Source: Candidatus Bathyarchaeota archaeon (GTDB lineage Archaea > Thermoproteota > Bathyarchaeia > TCS64). From it: a stretch of 47,467 nucleotides of DNA. Location of the stretch: contig JBBIVO010000001.1 of NCBI GenBank assembly GCA_037439685.1, forward strand, positions 39,033-86,499, read 5' to 3'. The notes under the pieces were generated by a model. That model did not search any database, was not told where the DNA came from, and saw nothing but the letters and a program-made list of their open reading frames with translations. This document shows, piece by piece, positions 45,985-47,467 of this stretch (positions within the stretch are counted from its first letter, which is position 1; the number at the start of each line of letters is the position of its first letter). Both the position numbers and the translations under genes were made by a program.

Positions 45985-46707
45985 CTAGGGTCTCTCAGAG
46001 CCCGCTGCTATCTCGATGATGGCCCTCAGGTCGTCTATCAAGGTTCGGCATCCAGCCTCCCTGAGCCTCCTCCCCCACTCCACATCCCCGATGAAGCCCA
46101 CGAAGGATATCTTCGCCTCTTCAGCTGTCTTAAAGTCGGTTGTCGTGTCGCCTACATAGAGGGTCCTCTCAGGCGTAGACCCAAGGGCCCTAACGGCCTC
46201 TAGCAGGTGGCGGGGGTCTGGCTTAGGATAATCCACATCGTCGCGGGCCAGGAGGACGTCCACAAACGCCGATAGGCCCGTCAACTCCAGGCTTCTAGCC
46301 GCGTAAGCCCTACAGCTCCTCGTCGCAACCCCCACCCTCAACCCCATCCCCCTCAGGCTCCTAAGGGTCTCATCCGCATGTGGAGTCGGCTCAACCGTCT
46401 CCAGTGCTGCCAGCTCAACCTCATTCAGCTCTCGATTAATCCTCTCCATAACCCGCCTCCACCCCTCAGCCGAGACCCCCAAACCCCCCAAGAGCACCTC
46501 CCCCCTCGAGACCATCTCCCAGATCCTCATAGGAGAGGAGAACTCACATTCAGGAACCCCTTCACTCGTGAGGATCCTCAATACACGCCTCCTCATCTCA
46601 CCATAATCAACCTTAGACCTGATCAGGGTACCATCCAAGTCGAAGATCACGGCCTCAAACAACCCCTTCATAAGGGCTGCCAAACCCACATCTATAAAAC
46701 CCCTCAT
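45985..46707 (-). CDS. HAD-superfamily hydrolase (subfamily IA-like phosphatase)
   Basis: VIFDLDGTLI (motif I), VATRS (motif II) and YVGDTTTD (motif IV). Confidence 0.75.
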   Translation of the reverse strand: MRGFIDVGLAALMKGLFEAVIFDLDGTLIRSKVDYGEMRRRVLRILTSEGVPECEFSSPMRIWEMVSRGEVLLGGLGVSAEGWRRVMERINRELNEVELAALETVEPTPHADETLRSLRGMGLRVGVATRSCRAYAARSLELTGLSAFVDVLLARDDVDYPKPDPRHLLEAVRALGSTPERTLYVGDTTTDFKTAEEAKISFVGFIGDVEWGRRLREAGCRTLIDDLRAIIEIAAGSERP

Positions 46708-46746
46708 AAGAGATTAAAGTTAGTAGAGCCTCTCTTTTAATGTATA

Positions 46747-46821
46747 GGGCCGGTAGATCAGGCTGGTACGATCGCCGCGCTTGCAACGCGGAGGTCGCGG
46801 GTTCAAATCCCGCCCGGTCCA
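46747..46821 (+). tRNA. tRNA-Ala (anticodon UGC), no encoded CCA
   Basis: Hand fold. Acceptor GGGCCGG/CCGGTCC with the G3:U70 alanine identity pair. D-stem GATC/GATC. Anticodon loop CTTGCAA. T-arm GCGGG-TTCAAAT-CCCGC. Discriminator A. Confidence 0.93.
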
Positions 46822-46874
46822 CTTCTGCTATCCTTCACGGTCATGAGTGTTTGAATCCGCAAATCGATATCATT

Positions 46875-46900
46875 ATTCGAGGAGTTGATTCGAGGAGTTG
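46875..46900. repeat. perfect tandem duplication of 13 bp (ATTCGAGGAGTTG x2)
   Basis: 46875-46887 and 46888-46900 are identical. The repeat lies 54 bp downstream of tRNA-Ala. Confidence 0.9.
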
Positions 46901-47012
46901 ACGAAGAATTGTAAATCTTTTCTTATGATTATCTATTTTTAAACATTTCGTGCCTACCTTTGCGAAAATTTTTAACGGAAATATTTACATGACCCAGTCT
47001 ACCAGTGTTCTT

Positions 47013-47451
47013 TTAGATTTCTTTCAAATCGATTGTTTTTATCCCTAGGTTTTTAGCGTTCTCGAGGATGAACTTGTCGCTCGTGATTAATGGTTCACCT
47101 ATCGCTGACGCTGTCGCCACATGATAGGCGTCAAAGTAGTGAAGCCTCCTAGTACCGTCATACTTCGAGTATAGATCCATGGCAAGGATCGCTATATTGA
47201 GAGTTGTGGGCACTACCTCATGGGGTATTGCCCGGAGATCAAGAAGTATGTTCCTTATCTCATTCGGCTTGTATCCCCCTGTTCGGTAAGCAGTTATGAG
47301 GTCGTCATACATTTCTGAGGAGGCTAGGAGTAAGGTTTTCTTAGTCAAGGCCCTATCTATTATTATTCGCTCTATCGGACAGCTCGTCTCCCCTTAAATA
47401 GGAGATGAATAAAACGGTGTCGACGACAAGCCTTGTCGGCACCTTTGACAT
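47013..47451 (-). pseudogene. PIN-domain (VapC-like) gene split by a frameshift
   Basis: MSKVPTRLVVDTVLFISYLRGDELSDRA (PIN N-terminus with the first Asp) stops at the TAG at 47353-47355. The remainder (…IIDRALTKKTLLLASSE…FDAYHVATA…ITSDKF) continues in another frame. The shift lies in the AATAATAATAGA region around 47356-47372. Confidence 0.6.
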
Positions 47452-47467
47452 CTCAGCCTCGCTCCAG

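Overview
47.5-kb chromosomal segment that reads as archaeal. Supporting features are Taw1/TYW1, an XPD helicase, an EndoQ-like PHP nuclease, a presenilin-like protease, A/T-rich TATA boxes about 25 nt upstream of start codons, AGG/AGA Arg and ATA Ile codon bias, and two archaeal-type tRNAs. All family calls come from motifs read in the supplied translations; no database search was possible. Content from start to end: (1) A poly(C) edge, then an amino-sugar cluster with a GH20-like fragment, a PIG-L deacetylase, murQ, anmK and a BadF/MurK-type kinase. (2) An EndoQ-like nuclease. (3) About 1.2 kb with no credible gene but with repeated hairpins and GC-rich stem-loops. (4) A visibly AT-richer toxin-antitoxin island with VapBC, MNT plus a degraded HEPN, and a degraded GYD gene. 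(5) XPD, a frameshifted P-type ATPase and an 890-aa surface protein. (6) A retropepsin-like ORF preceded by a 20-bp direct repeat, then thrC. (7) A five-gene Opp/Dpp-type ABC peptide transporter ending in a presenilin-like protease. (8) A peptidase set: a damaged M14 gene, TldD/PmbA and, further on, M32. (9) A beta-propeller protein, serS, an MFS transporter and taw1. (10) Two divergent paralogous small membrane proteins around a perfect palindrome, next to nikR. (11) tRNA-Gly(UCC) with an antisense ORF reading into it, DUF362 and MntA/HepT. (12) A second ThrC-like enzyme, an AlkP-family enzyme and a HAD hydrolase. (13) tRNA-Ala(UGC) and a disrupted PIN gene. Six genes carry frameshifts or in-frame stops, and two of these lie in G-runs, so sequencing error and real pseudogenisation cannot be separated from this window. 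No CRISPR array, rRNA or intact transposase/integrase was seen. The most unusual signals are a MurNAc/anhydro-MurNAc salvage cluster in an archaeal context and the ORF-free structured region at 7.0-8.2 kb.
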